A stretch of DNA of 64,000 bases from positions 1-64,000 of the IMG/VR virus record IMGVR_UViG_3300021138_000016, one strand, 5' to 3'. The first letter of the stretch is position 1; every line of letters starts with the position of its first letter. Made by a program: the position numbers and the translations under genes. This document shows, piece after piece, positions 36,057-47,369 of this stretch. A model generated the notes under the pieces. The model saw only the letters and a list, made by a program, of their open reading frames with translations, was not told the DNA's origin and ran no database searches. Source of the DNA: a virus.

Positions 36057-36851
36057 TTAATTTGTTACTTGTTTCCATCCGAACCCAGCTGCACTATATC
36101 CCTTGCCATTAACCACTCTTGCAATACTCTTCGTATCTAATCCAAGACTTTTTGCTGCGTGAGATATACTTGTATAATAAGATATAACTACATTTGTTTT
36201 TAAATCAAATTGACATACTTTTTTATGTTGAGAAATATTAGATTTGCCATCTTTAAATTTCCAAACATATCCCGCACAAGTTTTACTGATACCATTTACT
36301 GCATTTTTTATAGCAGTTCTTTTTAATCCATTTTCATTTGCGGCATCTACCGTACTAGGGTACTCTTTTATAAAGTCACCATTGGTATCATACTGCAATA
36401 TTGCTCTTTGAGATGCCTCTTTACACTTTAATAAAGTTTCCTTAGAAGGTTTTACTCTTGCATTATTTACGCTAACCCTATTTCTTGATTCGATAGATAA
36501 CGACTTCCCAATATTGGATAATGATATTTTTTCTGTCATATCTTTACTCCTAATCTCTTTTAATTCTCCATATTTAGGCAAAATAGAATTTAAACCTAAT
36601 TCTAAATCTAATACATTATATAACAACCCAAATTCTCTTTCTTTTAAAAATCTAATAGAAACATCTCCTTCCCATACTATTTCTGTTTTGTGATTATTAT
36701 AACCATAAGCAAAAATGCTATTATATAGCTTTAATTGAAATTTGCAATTACCGTTTTTATAATAGTTCAATCTTCGCTCAAAATTTAAGGTAGAGCCAAT
36801 ATAAACTTGCCCAATAGGATTCGTTATTTTATATACAAATGCTTTACCCAT
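36057..36851 (-). mobile_element. free-standing GIY-YIG homing endonuclease with NUMOD repeats
   Basis: FVYKITN...VYIGST; two NUMOD1-like repeats (QYDTNGDFIKEYPS...AGYVWK; QFDLK...AAGFGWK). Confidence 0.85.
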
Positions 36852-36853
36852 AT

Positions 36854-37315
36854 TTAATTGTTAAAAAATCGTCTCAAAATTACATACTTTTTCTGATTAT
36901 CTGTAATTTCATTTATTATCTCAAATCCGTTACTTAAAAGATGCTTTATTGCGGGGGTGTTTTTGGTACAAAGCCCTGCATAATAATCGTTCCCTAAATT
37001 AGCATCTATAAAATTCCAAAACAAAGATAAGAACCATTTTACTCTGTACTTCTTCCTTATATGGAAAGAATTTAGAACTATTGAAGTCCCATCTGTAAAC
37101 CTTGTAAAGAACGCTGCTAATTCATCGTCTACTTTTATTTTGTACACTATCTCGTCATGCGAAATACACCGCAACGTATCATCAATATTCTCTTGTACTG
37201 TACCGCCGTTCTTGTGGACATTTTTATGCCAATCGGGGCTTTCTTCTGAATATAATTCTTGAACAATGTCTCTAACGTTTTTAACCTGTTTGCAAATAAT
37301 CTTTCTGCCATCCAT
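36854..37315 (-). CDS. GNAT-fold acetyltransferase-like protein
   Basis: LNSFHIRKKYR...KNTPAIKHLLSNGFE. Confidence 0.7.
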   Translation of the reverse strand: MDGRKIICKQVKNVRDIVQELYSEESPDWHKNVHKNGGTVQENIDDTLRCISHDEIVYKIKVDDELAAFFTRFTDGTSIVLNSFHIRKKYRVKWFLSLFWNFIDANLGNDYYAGLCTKNTPAIKHLLSNGFEIINEITDNQKKYVILRRFFNN

Positions 37316-37628
37316 TATCTATTATAAACTCATTTATTTGTGATTGTATTTCAGTATTGTAAGAACCAAAGTTAGGTCTTATTTGTGATTGTTGTAATGT
37401 TGGGATATTATTGTTTATCTCTAAAGTAAAATATCCTGCAATAGTGCCATTATCTCCTTCTATTCTATAAGGGATTACATTGCTTGTTACCAATGCTATT
37501 TTGGCATCTACAAGGGGTTGCAAAACATTCCCATTACCAACAACGGGGAAAGCGGTTTGCCTTGCATCCAACAAAACAAACTGAATTAACTTTGCATAAT
37601 AAAATTCGTAAACAAATCTGAACGTCAT
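37281..37628 (-). CDS. truncated GNAT-like protein
   Basis: YRIEGDNGTIAGYFTL...SQIRPNF. Confidence 0.45.
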   Translation of the reverse strand: MTFRFVYEFYYAKLIQFVLLDARQTAFPVVGNGNVLQPLVDAKIALVTSNVIPYRIEGDNGTIAGYFTLEINNNIPTLQQSQIRPNFGSYNTEIQSQINEFIIDNGWQKDYLQTG

Positions 37629-40600
37629 TTTTCTACTATTGAATTGCCACTAGCAATGTATTGTAAGTAAATCTTGTTTAACTCAAAGTAACTTCCTGCA
37701 CTATAAAAATCTTCTATCAATCTAAGTATAAAGTATTTCCCTGCTACCCTATTGCCATCTACTATCATACTTCTAAAGTCTTGTTCTGCATCGGCAGGGG
37801 GGTATGTATTCCCGTTTCTTAAAACTTGCCCGTAAGATAACCCCTCTTTATTTTGAAAGTAACTCGAAGGTACATAACTAAAGCTATATTTTGCAGTAAA
37901 ATAAATTAAGTCTATGAACATTTTTGCATTAGTAATGTCTAAAGCTACATTCTGTAATATCTTTATTGTTTCGGGCATCATATTTATTACTAGCATTAAA
38001 GCAGGTAATTGAGTAAGCCCATAATAAGTGCAATAGTCTGTTGGTGGGGTATTATTGTGATAATAAGGTAATCCTGCTGCAAAACTGAAAAACTGATTGA
38101 TTGTACCTATGCCCCTTAATTTGCCATAACTTTCGGGGGCGAATCCTGCAAACCTTGTCCATCTTCCCGTATTCAAATTAAAGACTAATGTTTCTTGGAA
38201 GTCTAATTGAATATTTCTTCTATCGTTTACATAAGATGTTAAGTCATTTGTTTTGCCCCTTCTTGGTCTGAATGTAAGGTATATGTTTTCTCTTTCTAAA
38301 TCTATTCCACTTACTACGTCAAATTTGTATCCTGTACTGTTATTTTCGTTCCAACTGCCTATGAATTGGGATTTGGCTGTATAGTAAGATTTAATCCCCA
38401 CTATTGCACCGTTTTCAATAATATGTGTAATGTCTTTTGCTTGTCTGAAATCACAAAGTACATAGCATCCGTTTCTTTGGTCGTGCCAAAAAGCATACTT
38501 ATCATTGAATAAAATGCTACTTGTATATTCATAAGCGCATCCGTAATTATCCCCTATTTTTTGATGTGGCGTACCCATAGCATTATCTAGGTTTGCTATT
38601 TGTACTCCTTGTGCGTTTGCATATATGTAGTTGAAGTTAAAGTCGGTTACAAACCAATCGTTTTCACAAAGGAAAAACACTAATTGGAATTGGGTTTTGA
38701 TTGCGACAATCCCCCCACGACCATAACCCTTAAACACTTTTCTGTTTTCATTTCTAAATGTTGCTAATCCGTTCTTTAAACCTTGACTGATATAATCATC
38801 TGATTTAATAGTATCATCTAGGTAGAACATTTGTTTTGCATAGGGGTTTATTAAGTTTGATTGACCCCCACTTGCTGCATCGTAACCCCAACTATCTGTT
38901 ATGTTTGGGCTTTCAAAGTTATGTGTAAAGAACTGCACCCCTGCATTTGGGATAGTAATTGAACGTGGGAATAAATAAGTATCCCAATAGTTTAAATCCC
39001 CCGTAGTAGGAGCATAGGTAACCCCGTTATACACTATTGAAGGTTCTCCATCTATTATAGGCATCCAACTTGTAATGAATGTTTGGCTATTTTCTTGTGA
39101 TTCTGTTTCGCTTTGAAAGAAAGGTGTCAAATCATTATTTTCAGAAGGGGAATAAATCTCTATCCAAAAGCCTGTTTTAAACTGTAACTGATTGAATCTA
39201 TTATCGTATTCTACAAATAAATTCACCCCTGTTGATGTGGTTGTGCTACTTGGTAATACAGTATTTGAAGGGGGCGATATAAGTTGTGCGTTTATCGCTG
39301 ATTGGTTGTAGTTTGTACCTTGTATTGGTACGTCTATAACTGCACTTAATAATTGCCCTTGTCCATTATCATATATCCTTAATCTATCGTTTTGTTGGAA
39401 CTGATAGTTTGCCAATAAGTTAAGATTGTTTTGAATATTTGTATTCAATAGGCTTGTAATAGATACAGAACAATACGTTGCCAAAGCGGGGTCAATTACC
39501 ACTATTCCTGCCGCATTATAATATGTAATGGAATCCCCTACCCATTGTATGTATTTTTTATAGTTGGTGGCTTTTGTAACAAAGAAAGCCATATATGCTG
39601 CATTTTCGGTTTGGGTATATGTATTCAGTTTTAATCCCCCCGTAGCAATAGCCCATTGTAAATAAGTAGGTAAAGTATTCCCCCTTGAAACAAAAGAAGG
39701 TACTGTAATGTCTTGTACTTTTTGGATAGCCGTTACTCTCCCTGCCAAATCTGCCAAAACAACCCCCACAGAATAACTACCTTGTTGTTTTACACTTGTA
39801 TATTGATTTGCTATCACATTAACCAATAATGGGTATGGCGAATAAAACAATGTCCTTTGTGAAGTGGAACAAGCCGATGCAGGTAAAGCCTGTGGTACTA
39901 TATATCCACAATTGGCAAGCGTAATCAAGAAATTACCGCCTGAATTTACATATACCAAGTCTGTTGAAGTGTAAACATTATCAGATGATTTTCTTGTGCT
40001 GCTGCTACTTGCATTATGTATGACCAATGTGGCAATACCATCTTCGTTGGTGTATGCAACTGCCCCATCCTTTACTGATACCCCTATATTTGAATACGGT
40101 ATAGTGCCACTTAAATCTGTTACTTTTGCCTTATAAATTATTGCATTTACGTTTACATTGTAAGGCGTGGTATCAGGAGAAACGGGAACGTAGTCTGAAA
40201 TGTACGATATCCCCATAGTATTATAGCCGCCGCTAGACGCACCTTTTGCTAGAATTGTAAATAATATAAAGTTTCCACATTCAAAATAACCTTGAACATG
40301 AACATCCGTTGCCGCACTTGTAGCATATCTAAGCATAAAGAAAAACCCATTCTTATCTGTGTAGTAATACTTGGGAGACCCTGCTCCCGTTGCAGGATAA
40401 TTTAAGTCTTTAGTGCCAGATATTTGTAATAATTCAAAAGGATTGTTTGTAGTCCTAGTGTCATATATGTAGCCTTCATTAAAGCACCATTCCCCTGATT
40501 TTGTTGCGGGCGATAATACTATGAAGGAGTTGATGGCATCCCCCCACACATCCACGTCACCTGCCGTACAATCAACCTCAAACTCCTTTGAATAATCCAA

Positions 40601-42379
40601 AATGTCCGCCGTTGCATCAAATCCTTTGGCAGACTTGTAAAGCCCCATTATATAGGTGCTTTGTCCCCTGAAATCTTGGTTAAGGGAAATGTTGTGACGA
40701 CCCAATGTTGCCGTGTAATATCCTGCGGGAACTTCAAAGTCAAAAACACAAACAAAATAGGCATTCTTTGAATAAATAGATGTAAGATAAGTCGTAAGGG
40801 CTGTACCGTCTCCGTTGTAATCCAAAGGTGTTGTTATTTCGGTAAAAACCCCTGCGTCAGACACCCAATTCCATTTCCCCACCGCAAAGTATGGAGTGCC
40901 TTTCAAGTAACAGACAAAGGCATTGTTTTCTCCGTCCGCCCCAAACCTTAAATCGAATGTGGAAAACTGTGAAAAATCAATATGTGCATTAGTTCCGTCA
41001 AATGTCATTCCCCCAAAACGCATACCCAACGCATCCTTGCTATTATAAAACCCTACCTGTGTGGCATTGTTGTCAGCATTGGTAACGGTGGCGTATAACC
41101 TTATCTTTCTTGTAGGTATGACGCAACCCATAGATGCCTTTTCCTGTACTGAAATGGAAATCTTGTTGGTTATTTCTTGCGGGATATTGTCATAGCCGTA
41201 TTGATTGTTCCCTAAAACAATTCCATCCCCCAAATCACTCATTCCCACACTTAACAGGGGCATATTGCTTTGAACCATCGCAAACAATGATTGGTCAACT
41301 ATTTGTCCTATTTTAGTGTTATCAAAAATATAGGTAAGCGTATTAGTTATTGAATCGTAACTGTTTACATTTGAGTTTTGCCATGCCCCTGTTCTTTTCC
41401 AATATTCAACGGGACTATTTGTACCAAACTTATAGATAGTATCATATAAATACCAATCACTCCAAGTTACATAAGCATTTACGTTTTGTTGTTTTTTTGT
41501 GAACCTATAAAATAGATTTATTTTTTCAACAAGGGGTGACCCTGTATATAATGTCAATAACCATTGGTTATCTATCAAATTAGGGTTAGCCAAAAATGAT
41601 TGTGACTGTATTATATTTGGAACTGAAAACGGGGATACTGTTGTTTCCCTTCCATCAGTATAAACAAACTGATAACAGAACTCAAAACCGTAGTCTAATA
41701 TATCGTTTAATCCGTTTGTATTATTTAGTTGTGAAACTGCCGTTACGGGCTGCATAGGTGGTCTAACGGGGTATTCTAACAACTCCCTTCTATCAAAAAG
41801 TGGTGGTTGTAAATCATAATAAGGATATTCTGTTGCATCATACCCATCAGTATTGATAGCCGCTATTACGTTTATCCATATTTGCCATCTATCCCCGTTT
41901 GTAGCGATAAAATACTTCTCAATTACGTTTTTATTTTCATCATACTTTACTCTTAATGTGCAACGATGTTCTGCAAAAAATCCGTCTTGTTCGTCTGTAA
42001 AGTTTAGTTGTGGGTCTATGATAACTTTTGTTACATTCAAATCATCCCCACTTATAATATATATTCCGTGTTGGGAGTTGCTATTATAGTTAAGGTAGTA
42101 TAATTCTTTTGTTAGTGTACTTTCAAATGTGCCAACGTTTTTATTGTATCCATCGGGCAAAACTGAATCAGGCACTTGTACGTTTCTTCTTAGTGGGGTT
42201 AGTGCTAATTCGTTCTGACCTTCCCCTGTAGGATTGCCTGTACCCGTAGATAGTTGTGGGTTACTGTTTATATCCCATCCTAAGTCCTTTATAAAAGGGG
42301 AACTATCGGGCTTCATGGTTTCATTGCTCGAATCAGTATCCAAAAATAAAGGTAGTATTTTAGATTGCTCTTGTGCCAT
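37625..42379 (-). CDS. tail stabilisation/muzzle (tail tubular B-like) protein
   Basis: 1584 aa, beta-rich, LDTDSS N-terminus, FCYQFVYTDG, GIVLGN; follows ring-protein genes. Confidence 0.7.
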   Translation of the reverse strand: MAQEQSKILPLFLDTDSSNETMKPDSSPFIKDLGWDINSNPQLSTGTGNPTGEGQNELALTPLRRNVQVPDSVLPDGYNKNVGTFESTLTKELYYLNYNSNSQHGIYIISGDDLNVTKVIIDPQLNFTDEQDGFFAEHRCTLRVKYDENKNVIEKYFIATNGDRWQIWINVIAAINTDGYDATEYPYYDLQPPLFDRRELLEYPVRPPMQPVTAVSQLNNTNGLNDILDYGFEFCYQFVYTDGRETTVSPFSVPNIIQSQSFLANPNLIDNQWLLTLYTGSPLVEKINLFYRFTKKQQNVNAYVTWSDWYLYDTIYKFGTNSPVEYWKRTGAWQNSNVNSYDSITNTLTYIFDNTKIGQIVDQSLFAMVQSNMPLLSVGMSDLGDGIVLGNNQYGYDNIPQEITNKISISVQEKASMGCVIPTRKIRLYATVTNADNNATQVGFYNSKDALGMRFGGMTFDGTNAHIDFSQFSTFDLRFGADGENNAFVCYLKGTPYFAVGKWNWVSDAGVFTEITTPLDYNGDGTALTTYLTSIYSKNAYFVCVFDFEVPAGYYTATLGRHNISLNQDFRGQSTYIMGLYKSAKGFDATADILDYSKEFEVDCTAGDVDVWGDAINSFIVLSPATKSGEWCFNEGYIYDTRTTNNPFELLQISGTKDLNYPATGAGSPKYYYTDKNGFFFMLRYATSAATDVHVQGYFECGNFILFTILAKGASSGGYNTMGISYISDYVPVSPDTTPYNVNVNAIIYKAKVTDLSGTIPYSNIGVSVKDGAVAYTNEDGIATLVIHNASSSSTRKSSDNVYTSTDLVYVNSGGNFLITLANCGYIVPQALPASACSTSQRTLFYSPYPLLVNVIANQYTSVKQQGSYSVGVVLADLAGRVTAIQKVQDITVPSFVSRGNTLPTYLQWAIATGGLKLNTYTQTENAAYMAFFVTKATNYKKYIQWVGDSITYYNAAGIVVIDPALATYCSVSITSLLNTNIQNNLNLLANYQFQQNDRLRIYDNGQGQLLSAVIDVPIQGTNYNQSAINAQLISPPSNTVLPSSTTTSTGVNLFVEYDNRFNQLQFKTGFWIEIYSPSENNDLTPFFQSETESQENSQTFITSWMPIIDGEPSIVYNGVTYAPTTGDLNYWDTYLFPRSITIPNAGVQFFTHNFESPNITDSWGYDAASGGQSNLINPYAKQMFYLDDTIKSDDYISQGLKNGLATFRNENRKVFKGYGRGGIVAIKTQFQLVFFLCENDWFVTDFNFNYIYANAQGVQIANLDNAMGTPHQKIGDNYGCAYEYTSSILFNDKYAFWHDQRNGCYVLCDFRQAKDITHIIENGAIVGIKSYYTAKSQFIGSWNENNSTGYKFDVVSGIDLERENIYLTFRPRRGKTNDLTSYVNDRRNIQLDFQETLVFNLNTGRWTRFAGFAPESYGKLRGIGTINQFFSFAAGLPYYHNNTPPTDYCTYYGLTQLPALMLVINMMPETIKILQNVALDITNAKMFIDLIYFTAKYSFSYVPSSYFQNKEGLSYGQVLRNGNTYPPADAEQDFRSMIVDGNRVAGKYFILRLIEDFYSAGSYFELNKIYLQYIASGNSIVEK

Positions 42380-42388
42380 TAAGTGTCA

Positions 42389-43519
42389 TTAATAATTAAC
42401 GTCCTGTGCGTAATTACCCCCAAAATAAGAAGGCATATAAGTCTTTTGTGCGAACATTGAACCAAGTTCTTTAACGGTGTATTTGTTTAATTCTCCCAAT
42501 AACCCCCACTTCATTTTTGCATACTTTACATTATACCCATCATTTAATCTTTGCATATTGTCATTATACAAGGTATAGTAGTATTTAAGCCCCATTATGA
42601 AAGTAGGTACTGCTATAAAGGGGATTGTCATTTTTTCTAGTGGAACACTTTCGTAGTAACGTATAAGTACTTTTTTGTGACCAAAATTTTTAGGGAATAT
42701 CAATCTATTACCTAATTCTGAAATATTGTAAATATCATTAAATTGATTTCTGCAATTCCCTCTTGAAAAATAACAACCACATTGCGTACTGTATATGTCT
42801 GCTTTTGAACTGCAATAATATATCCAAGTATTTACATTGGGGGATGGTGGCAACCAAGAATCTCCCCCTATTGCTACCTTTTGATTATTAGGTACAGCGC
42901 AATGGGAACAAGCCAATATAGCATCGTAATTTTCTTCACAATCTGTAACACATCCTTTTTTATCTGTTTTTAAGGCGCAAAGTTGTGTATTAGTCGTTAC
43001 TACTTGTGTTGAAGTCCACACACCGTCTGTATATATTGCTTGTGGGGCTTGTTTTTCTTCGTAATAATGTCCGTCCAAAAAACCCCTTCTAGTAATGCAA
43101 GTGAATTGTTGTGTATTCCCATCGGGCAACGGTGCTGTCACATAAGATGTAATTCCTTCATACCCCTTAATCATATTACACAACTCATAATTACAAGTAC
43201 AGTTACCACGCCCCCCTGCATTTACATCAACTAAATCATCGTGTAACTTTTGATTCATAAATACGGGGGTAAAAGAACCGTTTTCGTTCATTATTGAAAC
43301 CCCACTTAAATCTAAGTAGTTGCAAGGTAAATCAACCGTATTCGTTCTTTTGTTTACGTCCAATAATACCCTAGTAGCATTTTTTACTGTTGTAAGATTG
43401 AGGTCGTCCCAAACGTATTTTGCAAGACGGTGGTAACGCATCTTCAACTGTTGCAAGATGTCGTCACCGAAAAGGCTTGCATCTTCTATTGCTTCTGATA
43501 TAGGGATAAATCTACCCAT
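42389..43519 (-). CDS. tail ring/adaptor protein with Cys-rich insert
   Basis: TVDLPCNY, VLIRY..P...IP pattern; position. Confidence 0.55.
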   Translation of the reverse strand: MGRFIPISEAIEDASLFGDDILQQLKMRYHRLAKYVWDDLNLTTVKNATRVLLDVNKRTNTVDLPCNYLDLSGVSIMNENGSFTPVFMNQKLHDDLVDVNAGGRGNCTCNYELCNMIKGYEGITSYVTAPLPDGNTQQFTCITRRGFLDGHYYEEKQAPQAIYTDGVWTSTQVVTTNTQLCALKTDKKGCVTDCEENYDAILACSHCAVPNNQKVAIGGDSWLPPSPNVNTWIYYCSSKADIYSTQCGCYFSRGNCRNQFNDIYNISELGNRLIFPKNFGHKKVLIRYYESVPLEKMTIPFIAVPTFIMGLKYYYTLYNDNMQRLNDGYNVKYAKMKWGLLGELNKYTVKELGSMFAQKTYMPSYFGGNYAQDVNY

Positions 43520-43526
43520 AGGTTAT

Positions 43527-44189
43527 TTATTGTGGGGCTGAATCCCCTAGTTTACTTTTTATTTGTTGTAACATTTCATTACTTTCATCATCTACCTTGT
43601 TTTGGGGCAATTTACGGGTATCCAATAACAAAGCCAAAACAGATTTAACAATATCAAAAGCAATGTCATTGGGGACTTGCAATTCATCGCTATCCCATAA
43701 CCCTTCTACTTCTACTTCGTTGATGCAAAGTGGGAAATTATAGGCATCTATCCCGTTCCCCCTTTTTGAAAAGAAAGAAAGCCCTTTAAATTCGGGCGTT
43801 AGATAAAATCTTTCTTCGGCAGGTTGTACTTGTGTTATTGTGCTGAATATGGTGCTAGTATCACAACTACCTATCCCTTCCACATTGAATATGTCCTTAT
43901 TTTCGGGTAAGGGTATAGTGTAATACTTTCCAAATTCAACCCTTCTTCTGCCCGATGCAGTAGGTTCTCCTAGTGGGAATTTCTTTCTGAAAAGGTTTGC
44001 ACTAAAAAAATAGTTTTCATTGTCGTTGTTCTTGTTTTGGTATCTCATATACAATTCACGCATAACATTGGCATAACCAAGTTTACAGAACTGTACTATC
44101 TTCTGTTGGCTAATCAACTGTTGTGTTGATTTAGGATTACCATTGTTGTAGGCACTCCAAATAATATTTGCTAAGTCGTCTAGGCGCAT
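43527..44189 (-). CDS. tail ring/adaptor protein
   Basis: Position; C-terminal PQNKVDDE. Confidence 0.55.
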   Translation of the reverse strand: MRLDDLANIIWSAYNNGNPKSTQQLISQQKIVQFCKLGYANVMRELYMRYQNKNNDNENYFFSANLFRKKFPLGEPTASGRRRVEFGKYYTIPLPENKDIFNVEGIGSCDTSTIFSTITQVQPAEERFYLTPEFKGLSFFSKRGNGIDAYNFPLCINEVEVEGLWDSDELQVPNDIAFDIVKSVLALLLDTRKLPQNKVDDESNEMLQQIKSKLGDSAPQ

Positions 44190-44192
44190 TGA

Positions 44193-44555
44193 TTAAAGGC
44201 TTTTGTAAACAAAGTAATTCACCGATACTAAAATAAAAATATCCCAAATCCAAACCCATATTTCTATTGTATGAAACCCAAATACAGAAACAACCGTTCC
44301 CCAATAAGTTATAGACCCCCAAACAGATGCCATACACTTAACACATCCCCACAAAGGCAATGTCCAATTATTGCCCCTATACTTTTCAAAGAATGAAGGG
44401 TTTAGTTTATAAAATATGTTTCCACTACAAATATTCCCCTTATTAATATCATTTACACAACCACCTTTAAATGCTTCATAAACACCATTTATAGCTAAAG
44501 ACTGTAAATAAGTAAAAAGAAGAAAAGATAATATGTATAAAAAAAGTGTACCCAT
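44193..44555 (-). CDS. membrane protein with CxxC (DUF1360-like)
   Basis: Three hydrophobic segments; PLWGCVKCMASVWG. Confidence 0.6.
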   Translation of the reverse strand: MGTLFLYILSFLLFTYLQSLAINGVYEAFKGGCVNDINKGNICSGNIFYKLNPSFFEKYRGNNWTLPLWGCVKCMASVWGSITYWGTVVSVFGFHTIEIWVWIWDIFILVSVNYFVYKSL

Positions 44556-45325
44556 TATGTAAGCCCTATTTGTTTTAATTCTTGTGCAAAAGCCCTAAAT
44601 GTATTGTCTTTTGAATAACACCCATAAAGAACACTTAACCCTTTAAATATGTACTCATACGCATTTGTTTCCCACTCTGTTTCTATTGTTGTTTCGGGGT
44701 TATAAACAAATGTATCATCGGGTTGTTGTATGTATCCTAATGAATAAGTATTTTCATTGCGAAGATACCTAATTTCTACCGAAGTTAAATCGTATGGGCA
44801 AACTTTTAAGTTACTGTCAAAAAAGCAACCTATTGGGTCTTTGTATGTCGGATAGTCAAAATTATCTGTTGTACGGTAATCCCATTCATTTTGGTCTACG
44901 ATTACGATTGGTCTGCTTTGGCATCCTGCTTTTGCTACGCTTATTTTAAATTCTTGTAGTTTTTGTTGTTGGGTTTGAAATGGCTTCCCCTCCTTTTCTT
45001 CTTTTGTTTCGTATGTGCCACATTCCCCCGAAAAATCATTTTTTACTGTTACCCCTGCGCTTAAAAAGTTTCTGCAATCATTGGGTATTACTATCATCCC
45101 ATTAGTTACGGGTATAGATACTTTTACCATAAAAGGACGTGCTATATCTATTATGCGTTGATTTGTAGGGAATAACTCTGCTACTTTAGATAACAGCCAA
45201 GAACTGACTGTATTATACATTGCTGAATATATCGAAGGGGGCAAGAACTGATTGAAGTCTTGATTCGATACAGCCAACAATGAAGTAAGCATATTGTTAA
45301 GACTAGATTTGTTCTCTGATGCCAT
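44555..45325 (-). CDS. head-tail ring/adaptor protein
   Basis: IVIPND, VEIRYLR, YNPETTIETEW; position. Confidence 0.6.
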   Translation of the reverse strand: MASENKSSLNNMLTSLLAVSNQDFNQFLPPSIYSAMYNTVSSWLLSKVAELFPTNQRIIDIARPFMVKVSIPVTNGMIVIPNDCRNFLSAGVTVKNDFSGECGTYETKEEKEGKPFQTQQQKLQEFKISVAKAGCQSRPIVIVDQNEWDYRTTDNFDYPTYKDPIGCFFDSNLKVCPYDLTSVEIRYLRNENTYSLGYIQQPDDTFVYNPETTIETEWETNAYEYIFKGLSVLYGCYSKDNTFRAFAQELKQIGLT

Positions 45326-45338
45326 TATTTAATATTTA

Positions 45339-46424
45339 TTAACAAGATAATCCCGTGTTGTTGCCTATTAATCCTGTTGATGGATTGATGCTGTAAATAC
45401 TTCCCCCTACGCCTGTTGTAACACCTAAGAACCCTGTAACGGGAACTGTCAATGCGTTATCGTAATATAAAGTAACACCCGTAGCAATAGGTTTTGAAGA
45501 ATACAATGTAATTGGGGTTTGTCCACAAACAGTATAGATAGTACTTCCTAAAAGATAACTTCTACTGTAAACAGAACTAAATTGTGAAGCATAGAACGTT
45601 TGTACCAAGTTATTTAGTGTCGCCGCTAAATTTATATTAAACGCTGATTGAGAAGTGCTTGAAGGGTATGTAGTTGTATTTACATTGTGATTATAGTCTA
45701 TTGTCTGTAATGATATAGATTGCCCTATTGTAACTTCCAATGCGGTCAAAGAACATATATAATTTATAATTGCTTGCAATACCGCTACCAAACTTGTGCT
45801 TGTGCTTTGGAAAGGTACAGTCATTGGGCTACCATTAACAATCAGAACTACCGATACGGGGTTGTTTGCATTGCCATTTGTTAGAATATTAAAATAGCCC
45901 CCACTTGTACTATTTGAATAACTTGTTTGGTATGTGCCAAGTCCTAAACCATTTAGCCAAGCCAATATGTCAGACGAATCTGAAACTAAATAAGGTGTTG
46001 GTGCTGTATGTGTCGTTGCCCCAATTAATATGCTTTGTATTTGCGCTGCATTACTAGGTACTGATTGTGATAAGAAGTAATTAGTAGAAGATAGGTTTAT
46101 AACACATCCCCCGTTAAGATTAGCAAGGTTTATAGCATTTGATTGTGTTACCAATGCGTTTAATTGCGCTTCCAAAACCCCTGTTGTATCTGCCGCTATT
46201 GCAGCAAGGATATAAGATGCCAATTTTGTATAATTCCAAGAAATAAGGTATTGTACATTATTTGGGATTGCGGTATTTAGTGTTATCTCAAATGCCAAAT
46301 CGCTATTGTTAGCTTTCGCCACTTGATACGAACTAGATTGTATCTCAAATTGGGTAGTACTACCTACTGGTTCACTTGTAACGGTTGTAGCCCCTGCACC
46401 TATGATATTTACATTTTGTGGCAT
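45339..46424 (-). CDS. putative virion structural protein
   Basis: S/T/N-rich, in the structural operon. Confidence 0.55.
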   Translation of the reverse strand: MPQNVNIIGAGATTVTSEPVGSTTQFEIQSSSYQVAKANNSDLAFEITLNTAIPNNVQYLISWNYTKLASYILAAIAADTTGVLEAQLNALVTQSNAINLANLNGGCVINLSSTNYFLSQSVPSNAAQIQSILIGATTHTAPTPYLVSDSSDILAWLNGLGLGTYQTSYSNSTSGGYFNILTNGNANNPVSVVLIVNGSPMTVPFQSTSTSLVAVLQAIINYICSLTALEVTIGQSISLQTIDYNHNVNTTTYPSSTSQSAFNINLAATLNNLVQTFYASQFSSVYSRSYLLGSTIYTVCGQTPITLYSSKPIATGVTLYYDNALTVPVTGFLGVTTGVGGSIYSINPSTGLIGNNTGLSC

Positions 46425-46430
46425 ATCTTA

Positions 46431-47369
46431 TTAATAAAATTGGTTTTGATTATTGCAATTACAATTTAGTATGTCTTGCATTATTTTTATTTGGGAAGAA
46501 GCATCTTGCCCTATTGATTCCAATGCTTGTGCTATTGCCAAAGGTACAGTTATTTGTTGTAGTTTCTGATAGGCGTTTTGTCCTATTGCATTATTACAGT
46601 TAGCCTTGTATATTTCTTGTTGTTGAAGTATGCAGCATATAACACTTTGTACTGCATTATTACAAGTAACGTCATAAGGCTGATTGGTATAATAAGAAAC
46701 CAATACATAAGTATCTGTCCCAACTAGATAGGTAGCAGTAGTCGTGTTCACTATCCTAAATTCCCCCGAAACAACAGAATTATTTACAAAGGGGGTAAAA
46801 GTAAATGGAACGGGAGAAATAGTACCTACGGGGTAATATAATTCACCCGAAACCACTTTACTTGTAGGAATGGTGTTTTGATAGAACAACGGCGTAATTT
46901 CTGTAACCGTCAATGCGTTTGTTTGGCAATTAGGCGTAATTGTGAAAGCCCCCTGTGAATATCCCGTAGATAAAAACAAAGGCGGTTTACTTACCGTTGC
47001 TACCATTGGTGTAGTTTGGTAAATAGTGCCATCTTGGTCTTTTATCGCCCCTTGAATAATATAATCTTGAAATAAGAATGGGTAATTAACAGAAGATAAA
47101 TCTAATGTAAATGTACTTTCCCCCATATATACAGGTTCGTTATCTGTACTTGGGTGTGGGATTTGTGGGCTTGTCCAATTATAAGACAAAAGAACTATCC
47201 CCGAACTATCTTGCAAGGAAAAGCAAATACCCTGTACATTCAAAGCCCCACCACTCTTAAAAATAGTAAGTTGTGAAATATCAAATACAACTACCCTATT
47301 AAGTATGTCAAAAGTAGTTGAAAACCCAAATTGGGATATATTAGGAGAATCTATTTGTACTTGTGGCAC
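46431..47369 (-). CDS. putative virion structural protein
   Basis: Start moved to GTG 47369 (MPQVQI, cf. MPQNVN of next gene) because ATG 47405 lies in a terminator stem. Confidence 0.55.
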   Translation of the reverse strand: MPQVQIDSPNISQFGFSTTFDILNRVVVFDISQLTIFKSGGALNVQGICFSLQDSSGIVLLSYNWTSPQIPHPSTDNEPVYMGESTFTLDLSSVNYPFLFQDYIIQGAIKDQDGTIYQTTPMVATVSKPPLFLSTGYSQGAFTITPNCQTNALTVTEITPLFYQNTIPTSKVVSGELYYPVGTISPVPFTFTPFVNNSVVSGEFRIVNTTTATYLVGTDTYVLVSYYTNQPYDVTCNNAVQSVICCILQQQEIYKANCNNAIGQNAYQKLQQITVPLAIAQALESIGQDASSQIKIMQDILNCNCNNQNQFY

